IMG/VR virus record: IMGVR_UViG_3300031576_000036
Location: 3,148-67,147 of that record
From: a virus
Reading direction: 5' to 3' (one strand)
DNA length: 64,000 nt
Shown here: in pieces, positions 47,512 to 56,129 of the stretch
Layout: each line of letters opens with the position of its first letter
How positions within the stretch are numbered: the first letter of the stretch is position 1
Notes under the pieces: model-generated
Database searches by the model: none
What the model saw: the letters and a program-made list of their open reading frames with translations, nothing else
Told to the model about the DNA's origin: nothing
Position numbers and translations under genes: made by a program

Positions 47512-48231
47512 TCACGCTGGGAGTTCCTTACGATGCTGCTCGTTCAACGATTTAGTAATGTTCAAAATCACAACGACCGCGCCGAACGTCCCTTCCACCG
47601 TGAGTTGGTTGTTCAGGGCTTCGGCGTCTCCGTAAGACACCAAGATGAGTTGCACGAGATCAAACAACCATTGCGGAGTGTTTGCTTGTAGACGCACGCG
47701 ATCAAGTGTGATCTTTGCAGCAACCACGTCCTTTGTGAAGGAAGGTTGCTGCTGGGAGAGGAGGATTGCGCGCAGAGTTGCAAGCGCCGCCCTAACGCCC
47801 CCAGTAATAACGATGAATGAGGCTTTGGCTTGATCTGAGAGTTCGATCACTCCAAGCCTCTCTAGTTGTTGAACATCCACCAACAACGCATCGAGCTTGG
47901 CGATGGTGTCGTTGGGATCAGGGAAACCACTTCTCACTCGATCCGCCACCACTCCCAATGCTAACGCCGCTCTATCATCTAAGTTGTAGATGTTGAGCGC
48001 GGTGTTACGAGAGAGTCGTCCGGCTTTCACCAAGATTGCCGTAGCGTCACTAGCCGTCCTCAGTCCAATCGCCGCTTTGCCGATGTAGATTCCCGCGAGG
48101 CGTTTTTTGTACGTCGCGGTGGGTTCGTCAGGTTGCTGCGAGGGCTTTTTGCAACCCACAACCAAAGAGAGATTGAGTACGCATAGCAATGACAGAAGTA
48201 GTCCGATAGCGCGGAATTTGTTGCATCTCAT
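47512..48231 (-). CDS. lipoprotein
   Basis: signal peptide with lipobox LVVG/C. Confidence 0.65.
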   Translation of the reverse strand: MRCNKFRAIGLLLSLLCVLNLSLVVGCKKPSQQPDEPTATYKKRLAGIYIGKAAIGLRTASDATAILVKAGRLSRNTALNIYNLDDRAALALGVVADRVRSGFPDPNDTIAKLDALLVDVQQLERLGVIELSDQAKASFIVITGGVRAALATLRAILLSQQQPSFTKDVVAAKITLDRVRLQANTPQWLFDLVQLILVSYGDAEALNNQLTVEGTFGAVVVILNITKSLNEQHRKELPA

Positions 48232-48233
48232 AT

Positions 48234-48593
48234 TCAATAACCCTCAACCACTAGACGAAACTGCGCGCCTGAGAGATCAGTTGTGTTGGTTACTTCAGTT
48301 GCGCCGACCGGGGTAGTTGTCCAGATGAACGTAATGTCCTCGCTACCCTGTTCTTGGCGATCAGCCTTGACTGCACCCAGAACTCGGTAGGTTGGAACCT
48401 GAGTGGCCTTGACGACTGCCAGTCCCGGCTGCATCACAGCGCAGATGCGGTTCAATCCAAGCTGGGTGGCGGTCACGATGTGTTTAGTCGTGGTGTTGTA
48501 GCTAGCGGGTCCGTTGACCTCGACTTCGAGTTGCATCCGATCTCCGACAGGCATTCTGCGGACGACGTTGATTGATGGAGTTGGTGCAGGCAT
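48234..48593 (-). CDS. putative head decoration protein
   Basis: AAGGAG RBS; GPASY...EVTNTTDLS...RLVVEGY pattern; near the capsid gene. Confidence 0.55.
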   Translation of the reverse strand: MPAPTPSINVVRRMPVGDRMQLEVEVNGPASYNTTTKHIVTATQLGLNRICAVMQPGLAVVKATQVPTYRVLGAVKADRQEQGSEDITFIWTTTPVGATEVTNTTDLSGAQFRLVVEGY

Positions 48594-48859
48594 TTCAGTT
48601 ATTCTCCTTTTGTTTAATTACAATTGCGCTTATTAAAGGAAAAAGCGGAAGCAGCTTCCAAGGCTCTGGCTGTTGTTAATTGCGTAGAGCTACCTTGTTT
48701 GTCGCGGTTGATGAAGGAAACCACTTCCGCTCCTGGTCTTCACCACCAGTGCCCTAATGGTGACTAAGAATCTCGCTGGGAAGGGAACGCCCACGACCCC
48801 CGTTGTACGCGACGTTCCCTTTCCCAGTTCTCCCCTTTTGCACGGGAAGCTTATATGCG

Positions 48860-49501
48860 CTAGACAAGCCTAACCATCGGCTTCATCCACACGCGGGTAA
48901 TGGTGTTGTCAACCGGGAGTTCCGCAGCCACCAGCCCCGTGCTAACGTAAGCAGAGAGGTTAGCGATTGTGGGAGTGGAGATGTCCGCCGCAACTTGCTG
49001 TCCCAACCCCCTACCGGATTGGTCAACAATCTTGACCAACTGCCCGTCAACCGGGTTGGTTACGTCAGTAACGAACTGCAACGACCCCAACCCTCCAGTC
49101 TGAATCCAGCAGTAGTTGCCGATGGTGACAGTGTTGAGAAAGATTCCCACGAACCGTAGCAGTGTGCCAGCAGTTGCGGAATCAGTAGTGACAACGTAGT
49201 TGCCCGCTTTGGCGATGGTCGAGACGAAGGCCGCGCAACCTTTAACCGCTCCGAGCACCGCCACTGAATCTAGCTGCACGTACTGATAGGTTCCACTGTA
49301 GAGGGTGCCGATGCTGGAGTCATACAGTCCGCTATCCAAAGCCGCAGGGCCACTCGCCCCAGTCGCCAGTTCAACCTCTTGGCCGAGAGCGCCGAGACGG
49401 ATCGCAGGCGAAGTCGAGGGGATAGACCCAGGAGTGCTTTCGTTAATGGTGTTCAGCTTCCCAAGATTGGTTGCGAACGATGTTGGAATACGTAATGACA
49501 T
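48860..49501 (-). CDS. putative capsid cement/decoration protein
   Basis: directly after the MCP; YQYVQ and GNYCWIQTGG motifs; AAGGAG RBS. Confidence 0.6.
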   Translation of the reverse strand: MSLRIPTSFATNLGKLNTINESTPGSIPSTSPAIRLGALGQEVELATGASGPAALDSGLYDSSIGTLYSGTYQYVQLDSVAVLGAVKGCAAFVSTIAKAGNYVVTTDSATAGTLLRFVGIFLNTVTIGNYCWIQTGGLGSLQFVTDVTNPVDGQLVKIVDQSGRGLGQQVAADISTPTIANLSAYVSTGLVAAELPVDNTITRVWMKPMVRLV

Positions 49502-49584
49502 TTTTGTTCTCCTTTACTGGAAGATGGTAGAGCGGGAAGGATCAAAGCCACCAGACTCCCCAACCCGCTCCACTATACCAATCT

Positions 49585-50715
49585 TTAAGCTTGATGGCCG
49601 TAATACTGTTTTTGATACCGGGGGCCGACACACTGCACATTGAGCGCAGCGTGAATGCGCCCGACGACGCGAGTGTTGATCTGCGACGGCAGGAAGCCCG
49701 TGAAGCCGAAACCGAACAACGGACTGTTGGAGACGCGGACCTTCCACATCCGGGTGTTGAACCAATTGAAAACCTCGCCCACGTAGCAGTCAGTACCAGC
49801 GGTGATGACTTGTCTGGCCCAATTGTTGAGCGTGCTTGCGGAAGCCGCTGCCGTGGGAGCGTCCACGAAGAGGTCCGTGGTGGAGAAGTTTCCATACTCC
49901 GTATTTTGACCGTACCTTGCGCTCAGCCACAGATCGTCTTTGAAGATAATGGCGTTCTTGAAGCGAATCCCCGTGTGGACTCCGAAGTAAGGATCAGCTT
50001 CCTGGGCGATCCGCTGCTTCGGCTCCATCAGTTCCTCAATGTGAGCAACGATGGCTTTGTTCCCGACTCCGATGTCGGGTTGTTCCATCCCGATGTTCAC
50101 GTCCATATAGCCCGTGTTGAGTTCCTTGTAGTCCATCTTGCCCATTGAGCCGTCAGCATTACCGAGGAACCTGGGAGTTGAGTTGTAGGCGTTGCCAACT
50201 TCCGATCTGGCCTGTCCACCGTAGCTGGTGTAGATGTTGTTGTCCCAACTGGGGAAAACGCCGTCGTTGATCGCCTCTGGCCAGCCGTTGAGGTGTTTGG
50301 CGCGGGCGGCGGTTTGGCCGTTTTGCGAGAACATCACCGAGATGCGACTGGTGAGAGAGGACATCGCAGCGGCAAGATCGGTTTCGATGATCGAGAAAAT
50401 GGCATTCGGTCCAACGTTGAACACTTCCAAATCTTCCAAATACTCGACAATGAGAGCGACGTAGAACTTCGGGTTGAAGTTCGCGCTGGCGAGAATTTGT
50501 CGACGAACCGGCGTGAAGTCCTCTCCTGGGGAGTAAGCGTCATTTTGCAACCCCCTCCACAAAAAGGTCTGTTGGATAGTAGCGCCGCCGCCGAACGGAA
50601 CGAATGCTCCTTGGCCGCGCAGATACGCCAGGAAAGGCGCATTGAGAAAGAAGTTGTCCTGAACAACCAAAGGATACATCTCCTTTAAAGTTGTTATATT
50701 TAGTTCGTCTAACAT
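49585..50715 (-). CDS. major capsid protein
   Basis: 376 aa after the scaffold gene; strong AAGGAG RBS; ELNITT...DNFF..APFLAYL...GGATI N-terminal pattern. Confidence 0.8.
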   Translation of the reverse strand: MLDELNITTLKEMYPLVVQDNFFLNAPFLAYLRGQGAFVPFGGGATIQQTFLWRGLQNDAYSPGEDFTPVRRQILASANFNPKFYVALIVEYLEDLEVFNVGPNAIFSIIETDLAAAMSSLTSRISVMFSQNGQTAARAKHLNGWPEAINDGVFPSWDNNIYTSYGGQARSEVGNAYNSTPRFLGNADGSMGKMDYKELNTGYMDVNIGMEQPDIGVGNKAIVAHIEELMEPKQRIAQEADPYFGVHTGIRFKNAIIFKDDLWLSARYGQNTEYGNFSTTDLFVDAPTAAASASTLNNWARQVITAGTDCYVGEVFNWFNTRMWKVRVSNSPLFGFGFTGFLPSQINTRVVGRIHAALNVQCVGPRYQKQYYGHQA

Positions 50716-50787
50716 TGTTGTTAGTCTCCTTTAGTTGCTGTTGTGGTTGTGGACAACGTTCTTTCCCCTTTGAGCATTGCGCGGTTG

Positions 50788-51795
50788 TTAGTCGCGGTTG
50801 ACCATTGGGTTGAATCCGTGCCCGTTGTATTTACCTGTGAGAAATGCTTCTGTTGCTCTCGCCGCCGCGCGTCCGGGTTGGCCGGGTTTGGCGAACAATG
50901 GGAGTCCGGCTTTGGGGTCGTTTCCAGCCGCCGCCTGCTGGACAGCTTGGAGGGTCTGTGCGAGAACTGGTGACTGGGCGAACCCGCCTCCGGTTGGCAA
51001 CTGTCGCTCGCTTAACCTTTGCGCGACTTGCTGTTGCACTCGACGTTCGACCTCGGCGTTCATATCCGCAGCCTGTTTGTCAGTACGGAGTTTGTTGAAG
51101 TCGAATTTTTCCTGGATGTAGTCTTCAAGAGGTTTACCGGCTGTGAGAGCTTCGGCCAGGAGAGAGCGACGGTCGGCAGGAAGCGGCTTCCCGGTTAGCA
51201 ACGTGTATTCCTCTCTCAAATCGGACATCGTGGCATCAATCATCGCGGTTGAGATCGCGGCTTCTTGGATGCGTTGGTTCACCACGGCATCGGTTGCGTA
51301 GGCGATGGGAGATTGCGAGGGCTGGTTGTTACCATTGTTGCTGTGGTTGTTGTTGGTAGGCATAGCTCTTTGCTCCGGTTGTGGTGATTCGTTGCTGTTT
51401 TCTGCTTCCAGTAAATCCTCAATCCCCATTCCCTTCAATCGCGCTTCTACCGCTTGGTAGTTTCGCGCCAGTTGCTCTCGCTCTCGCTGAATAGCATCGT
51501 ATTGCTCTCGACTGACCGTGTTGGACGCCAGGTGCGCTTCCCACTCTTTGAGTTCGTTTTCATAAGTGAGAAGCTTTTGCGCATCCGCCTCAATTGCGCT
51601 CAGGCGTTGCTGTAGCTCTCGTCCGTTCTTACCGTAGTCATCGCGCATCATAACAGCGGTCGCTGTGAACTGTTGCGCAGGTTCGCTCTTTTGGTAGAGT
51701 GCTCGAAGTTGCTCGTAGTCCTCCTTCGAGAAGTTTGCTTCTTGAGATTGAAGCCACTTGTCGAAGGTGGACTGTTCGTTAGGTTTCAAAGGCAT
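50788..51795 (-). CDS. capsid scaffolding protein
   Basis: Q/E-rich coiled coil between portal and MCP; GGAG RBS before MPLKP. Confidence 0.7.
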   Translation of the reverse strand: MPLKPNEQSTFDKWLQSQEANFSKEDYEQLRALYQKSEPAQQFTATAVMMRDDYGKNGRELQQRLSAIEADAQKLLTYENELKEWEAHLASNTVSREQYDAIQREREQLARNYQAVEARLKGMGIEDLLEAENSNESPQPEQRAMPTNNNHSNNGNNQPSQSPIAYATDAVVNQRIQEAAISTAMIDATMSDLREEYTLLTGKPLPADRRSLLAEALTAGKPLEDYIQEKFDFNKLRTDKQAADMNAEVERRVQQQVAQRLSERQLPTGGGFAQSPVLAQTLQAVQQAAAGNDPKAGLPLFAKPGQPGRAAARATEAFLTGKYNGHGFNPMVNRD

Positions 51796-52034
51796 TTGGT
51801 TTCTCCGTTTTAGTCGTGGTTGGAAAAATTCCGAAGCAACCGCAAGTTGGTAAGCTAAACAACTAAGCAAATGGTCAGGCCAACGGGCCGGAAAACGGAA
51901 ATGAAGAACCTGCCTCGCGTCGGGAAGCCGCTTCCTTAGCAGTAAAGGGCCAAGCTCTGTTGGTTGCTTCGGAGAATGTCAAAAAGCTATACGAAACGCT
52001 CTCAATTCATTGGAATTGATTGCAGACAATTTAG

Positions 52035-52064
52035 ATACTACACGGTTGGCGGAAACGAAGTCAA
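52035..52064 (-). promoter_or_regulatory. putative sigma70-type promoter for scaffold/capsid genes
   Basis: minus strand TTGACT, 18-nt spacer, TAGTAT in a 300-bp intergenic gap. Confidence 0.5.
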
Positions 52065-52094
52065 ACTATTTTTCGCTTGACATTCTTTTGTCGC

Positions 52095-52451
52095 TTATGC
52101 TGGAACCGGCGGAGCCATCGGACTCGGCTGCATCCCCTGCGCAACCTTGAGCATCGCTCGTGCAATCGCTTGGCCAGCCGCTTGCAATTCCTCGGTGGCC
52201 ATCGGGAACGACTGTGCGAGCAATTGCAGTTGATCCACCATCGGCTCGAATTGAGCTTTGATGGCCATCATCGGATCACCACCCATCGCTCCCATACCAG
52301 GATCGCTCATCCCCATTCCACCCATTTCCGATTCGGAAGCCATTTCCCCGCCCTGCTGGGGAGGCATAGGCAATCCCGGTGCGCCCCCGGCGAGCATTTG
52401 CGCCGCGTCCGGGGGGAGGGTGGCGGTGTTCATTTGTTGTTGATAAGGCAT
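52095..52451 (-). CDS. M/P/Q/G-rich hypothetical protein
   Basis: AGGAG RBS; low-complexity composition like the portal C-terminus. Confidence 0.65.
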   Translation of the reverse strand: MPYQQQMNTATLPPDAAQMLAGGAPGLPMPPQQGGEMASESEMGGMGMSDPGMGAMGGDPMMAIKAQFEPMVDQLQLLAQSFPMATEELQAAGQAIARAMLKVAQGMQPSPMAPPVPA

Positions 52452-52468
52452 ATTGGTGAATCTCCTGT

Positions 52469-53065
52469 TTACTCGATATATTTCCAGTTTATTCTACGAC
52501 AAATAGAGCTAACTGATGTTTGTTTAAGGCCAAACGTCTTTCCCAATACTGTTTGGGATTCTCCGGCTTCCCATCGTCGTCGTATTTCTCGCACAATATC
52601 TGCTGTTACAAGCGCACGTCCATTGGACTCCCCAAGATGTGCACGAACCTCCCCAGAAAAGAATTTAGTATGTCGCTTAACCCAATTTCCTCTATCTTTA
52701 TTGGCTGGATGCGCCTTCCCCCTTTTCAACAACTCAGGATGTCGGCGCGCCCAACTTTTATTACCAGTTAGCGCGTCTCTTCCTTTCTTTAGCATATCCT
52801 GCATATTATCCCGCACAGTCCCTAAAAATAGATGTTTAGGGTTACAGCACAGCGGAGTATCGCACCGATGGCAAACAAGCATACCGTCTGGTATCGAACC
52901 ATTAGTCAACACCCACGCCAATCTATGCGCAGCCCATCTTCGGCCTTGATATTTGGTTACGCCATAGCCATTGGGACGCAACGCTCCAATCCACAACCAA
53001 CACGCATTCGCAGAATCCATCTCTACCATTCTCCAGAAATCATCTGGAGTCTTTTTGTTCGCCAT
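52469..53065 (-). CDS. HNH endonuclease
   Basis: CWLWIGA...GYG, AHRLAW, VCHRCDTPLCCNPKHLFLGT..DN..DM; C-terminal HTH. Confidence 0.9.
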   Translation of the reverse strand: MANKKTPDDFWRMVEMDSANACWLWIGALRPNGYGVTKYQGRRWAAHRLAWVLTNGSIPDGMLVCHRCDTPLCCNPKHLFLGTVRDNMQDMLKKGRDALTGNKSWARRHPELLKRGKAHPANKDRGNWVKRHTKFFSGEVRAHLGESNGRALVTADIVREIRRRWEAGESQTVLGKTFGLKQTSVSSICRRINWKYIE

Positions 53066-53080
53066 AACTCAATTTCCTTT

Positions 53081-55363
53081 TCAAGACTCAGAAACTACGC
53101 TGCGGGGTCCAGTTCCACTTAAATCTGCCTTTTGCTGAATTTCCGGCATAGCCTGGCCGCTCGGAGGTCTACCCTCTGGCCTGCCGGTTCCATTTTGCGC
53201 CCCCGGCGGTCCCCCTTGCTGCCCTTGTTGCATCATCCCAGCCAACCCCTGCTGGATCATTGCTTCCGGCCCCATTGATTGCATTATTTGCATCTGCGCC
53301 TGCGCCATCATCGCCTGCGCTTGAGCTTGAAGCATCACGGTGTACTTCATTTGCATCTCTTGCCACGCGATGTAGCGTTCGACCATATTCGTGGTTTCGG
53401 GAGGCGCTTCGCCGAAATTGGGGAGGTTCCAGGCTTTGGCGAGGTCCCACGGGGAGATAGGGAAGTTTTTGGGGTCCCGCCACAGTTGTAGTAGGAAGAG
53501 TTTATTTTGGATGTCGGTGACGTTGAACGAGGAGCGAGGGGTGATGTTGAAAACGAACTGCCGTCCGTGTAGCAATCCCTTGCGCATCAACGGAGCGTCT
53601 TCCGGGAGTCCCGGAACTTGGTCTGGAATGAGCGATCCCGGTTTGAAGTCGAAGTCTTCTTTCGTCACGCCGTCTCGTCCGAGCGTGGAGAGCCGTCGCG
53701 CGGTGGTGTCGAACTCCAGTATAAGCCACATAAACATATACCCAAGGTCCGTCAACGACCTTTCCATATCGCGGGCGAAATCGCTTATCAAAGGCCCTGC
53801 GGCCTGAAGCAACCTGTCAATGCTCTCCGCCGAGGGAACTTGCTGAAGCTTAGCTAGCGCGGTGAAGTCCTGGACTCCGATTTGGTAGTCCATATCGGAC
53901 TGGAACTTCTCGTAAACCGGAAGCCACTGTTGGGGAAGTTCGTAAGATTGCCAATCCAATAGGGGCTTAACAGGGTCATTTATCATTCCGGTCTGAGCAA
54001 GTCTCTCGCCCGGAACTCTCGTGTTCAAAACCTCCATCGCTTGCCGCGAGTATTCGTTTTCGTTGAACGTCAATGGCGGATCAAGGCGGAGTTCGAGGGA
54101 ATCTACCGCGCCGCGAGCAAGCGAATCTCCAGCGGCTTGGATGGAGTAGTTTTCGCCGACGATATTGAACCCCAAGGATTGCCAAGGCCATTTATCAAAA
54201 GTGAACTTTACCAAGGGAACCTTGCCGTGCCACCACGGACTCGGACCGTCGTAGAGAACGCAATGATTCGTCCATACGATCAAACGTCGTAGTGGGTAGA
54301 GAAGACAGTCTTCACGGGTGGTTGGGCGAGTGTTGGGGGTTAGTTGTTGACCGCCGCTCCCTAACATTTCCCCGTTGGGGCCATAGTCGCTTCCGGCTGC
54401 GGCGAGAGTGAGCGTGCCGTCCGGGATTTCAGTTCCCAGCGAAGGAATTCCGTACTCCCACATAGTCCCCCGTGTGAGCGACTGAGCGTAGCCGCGAGAG
54501 ATGTCCTCGCTATGCAACAGCGCACCGGAGTCATTCACCGACATATCGGCGACATAGGTGTAGTAAACGTCTACTTCGGGAAAAGGGGAATTAACGTCGT
54601 TCATTGACGAGTCAACTGCGCCACCGCCGAGTCCGAGATACTTGAAGATAGGAGCCGCCCAGGTGGAGATGAGTTTCATTGGGCCGGGAGCCACACTATT
54701 CATAACGCGGTCGGGGATGATTTTGCCGAGGGAAGCGGCTTCCGGGAACGCCGCCGACGCAGCCGCAATAGACATTGTGTCTTGAATGTGAACCGCGTAG
54801 GCACGCTGAAGGTCTCCATCCCTGGAGGGTTGATCCTGTAGCACTTGCGTCATCCCGAACGCTCTAGTGGTTACGTCCGCTTGTTCGCTCCCGAATGGAC
54901 TCTTGCCCCAAGTAGGAGAGAGGTAGCCTGCTCCGAGGACCGCCCACTGTAGAGCCTCTTTGATCCTGCGGTCCACGAAACTCGTCGTCCACCAATTGTC
55001 TCGGCGTTTGTTGAGTATTTCAGCTTGTTCCTCCAGGTCCTCGTTATACGTCTCGTATTCCCAGCGAGGATTCAGGTTCGTAAGGGTCGAGATAATCTCT
55101 CTGATTTGGCGTTTGAGGCGGTTGAATTGCACCATCGAGAGCTTGCGGTTGCTCGCTGCTCGAACTTGATTGGAGATGACCGCTATCGCTGTGTCCAAAT
55201 CCTTATATGCAACCTGTCCTTTCAAGTGCGTCATCCCCGCTGCGAGCGATCTCGTGAGCCACGCTATTTTATGGTCGTCCGCAGAGTCATATCGTGGGCA
55301 CATCCATCCTAACGAGTAGAGTTGAGAAGTTTGGTTGGTGAAGGGAGTTTCGACGTAGGCCAT
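53081..55363 (-). CDS. portal protein
   Basis: 760 aa downstream of terL; YDGPSPWWHGKVP, M/Q-rich C-terminal extension. Confidence 0.8.
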   Translation of the reverse strand: MAYVETPFTNQTSQLYSLGWMCPRYDSADDHKIAWLTRSLAAGMTHLKGQVAYKDLDTAIAVISNQVRAASNRKLSMVQFNRLKRQIREIISTLTNLNPRWEYETYNEDLEEQAEILNKRRDNWWTTSFVDRRIKEALQWAVLGAGYLSPTWGKSPFGSEQADVTTRAFGMTQVLQDQPSRDGDLQRAYAVHIQDTMSIAAASAAFPEAASLGKIIPDRVMNSVAPGPMKLISTWAAPIFKYLGLGGGAVDSSMNDVNSPFPEVDVYYTYVADMSVNDSGALLHSEDISRGYAQSLTRGTMWEYGIPSLGTEIPDGTLTLAAAGSDYGPNGEMLGSGGQQLTPNTRPTTREDCLLYPLRRLIVWTNHCVLYDGPSPWWHGKVPLVKFTFDKWPWQSLGFNIVGENYSIQAAGDSLARGAVDSLELRLDPPLTFNENEYSRQAMEVLNTRVPGERLAQTGMINDPVKPLLDWQSYELPQQWLPVYEKFQSDMDYQIGVQDFTALAKLQQVPSAESIDRLLQAAGPLISDFARDMERSLTDLGYMFMWLILEFDTTARRLSTLGRDGVTKEDFDFKPGSLIPDQVPGLPEDAPLMRKGLLHGRQFVFNITPRSSFNVTDIQNKLFLLQLWRDPKNFPISPWDLAKAWNLPNFGEAPPETTNMVERYIAWQEMQMKYTVMLQAQAQAMMAQAQMQIMQSMGPEAMIQQGLAGMMQQGQQGGPPGAQNGTGRPEGRPPSGQAMPEIQQKADLSGTGPRSVVSES

Positions 55364-55365
55364 CT

Positions 55366-55497
55366 TTATTTGTCCTTACCTTTGCGATTGCGGCTGTGAC
55401 TGCGGATGAATATGTAGAATAAAGCCATCGCACCCAGGAATGGAATCACCCAACTTAGGATTTCCCACAATATCTGCTCGACTGGCTCCTCGCGCAT
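55366..55497 (-). CDS. small membrane protein
   Basis: AAGGAG RBS; single TM segment and basic tail. Confidence 0.5.
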   Translation of the reverse strand: MREEPVEQILWEILSWVIPFLGAMALFYIFIRSHSRNRKGKDK

Positions 55498-55499
55498 CA

Positions 55500-56045
55500 C
55501 TAGCTCCTTTTTTGGTCGTAGTTGAGCACGTAGAGATTCACCCCTGGGTCTACGCGCTTGTCCCAAGACATTTTGCGAGTGTCGTTGCGCCGCATTGCTT
55601 CCCTGGCAAACGCTTTTCCTTTTTCTGACATCTGTTCCATCGCGGATCGCAACTCTCGCCGATTCTCGCGCACGGTTTGCTCGAATTGTTGTTGCTCGCG
55701 CTCAACGAACTCTTGGCGCTTTCGGCATTCAGCCTGGGTGAGACGCTTTTCGAGCGAGCGCATTTCGTTGAGCGTGGAGGCTTCTTTGCGCTCGTAGCCT
55801 TGGGGCGCGGAGTCGCTATCGCTTCCCGCAGGGATAATATGGCCGCGAGCGTTCTCGAAGTAAACCGTTCCTGATAGCTGTTGATTCTGGACGCGCGCGT
55901 TCATCCATCTTGGCAAAAGCGTGAGTTCGGCTTTGCAGCCTTTACGCTCACAAGGACAGGAAATGACTTCCGCGAACTCCGCCAACGGTCGCTGAACTTC
56001 GTGGATTTGATCGCATTTGTTTCCGCTGTACGTATAAGTTGGCAT
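55500..56045 (-). CDS. FmdB-like zinc-ribbon protein with coiled coil
   Basis: MPTYTY...C...CPC N-terminus. Confidence 0.6.
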   Translation of the reverse strand: MPTYTYSGNKCDQIHEVQRPLAEFAEVISCPCERKGCKAELTLLPRWMNARVQNQQLSGTVYFENARGHIIPAGSDSDSAPQGYERKEASTLNEMRSLEKRLTQAECRKRQEFVEREQQQFEQTVRENRRELRSAMEQMSEKGKAFAREAMRRNDTRKMSWDKRVDPGVNLYVLNYDQKRS

Positions 56046-56129
56046 ATCTAGCTTTTCCTTGAGGCTGCGTAAATCATCATTCCTACGAATATCAATGTAG
56101 CGATAAATGCTCCAAGCAGTACCATAACT

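Noticed and set aside
49514-49895. Programmed frameshift extending the major capsid protein
   Set aside because: The overlapping alternate ORFs stop before the next gene starts, and no convincing slippery site was identified.
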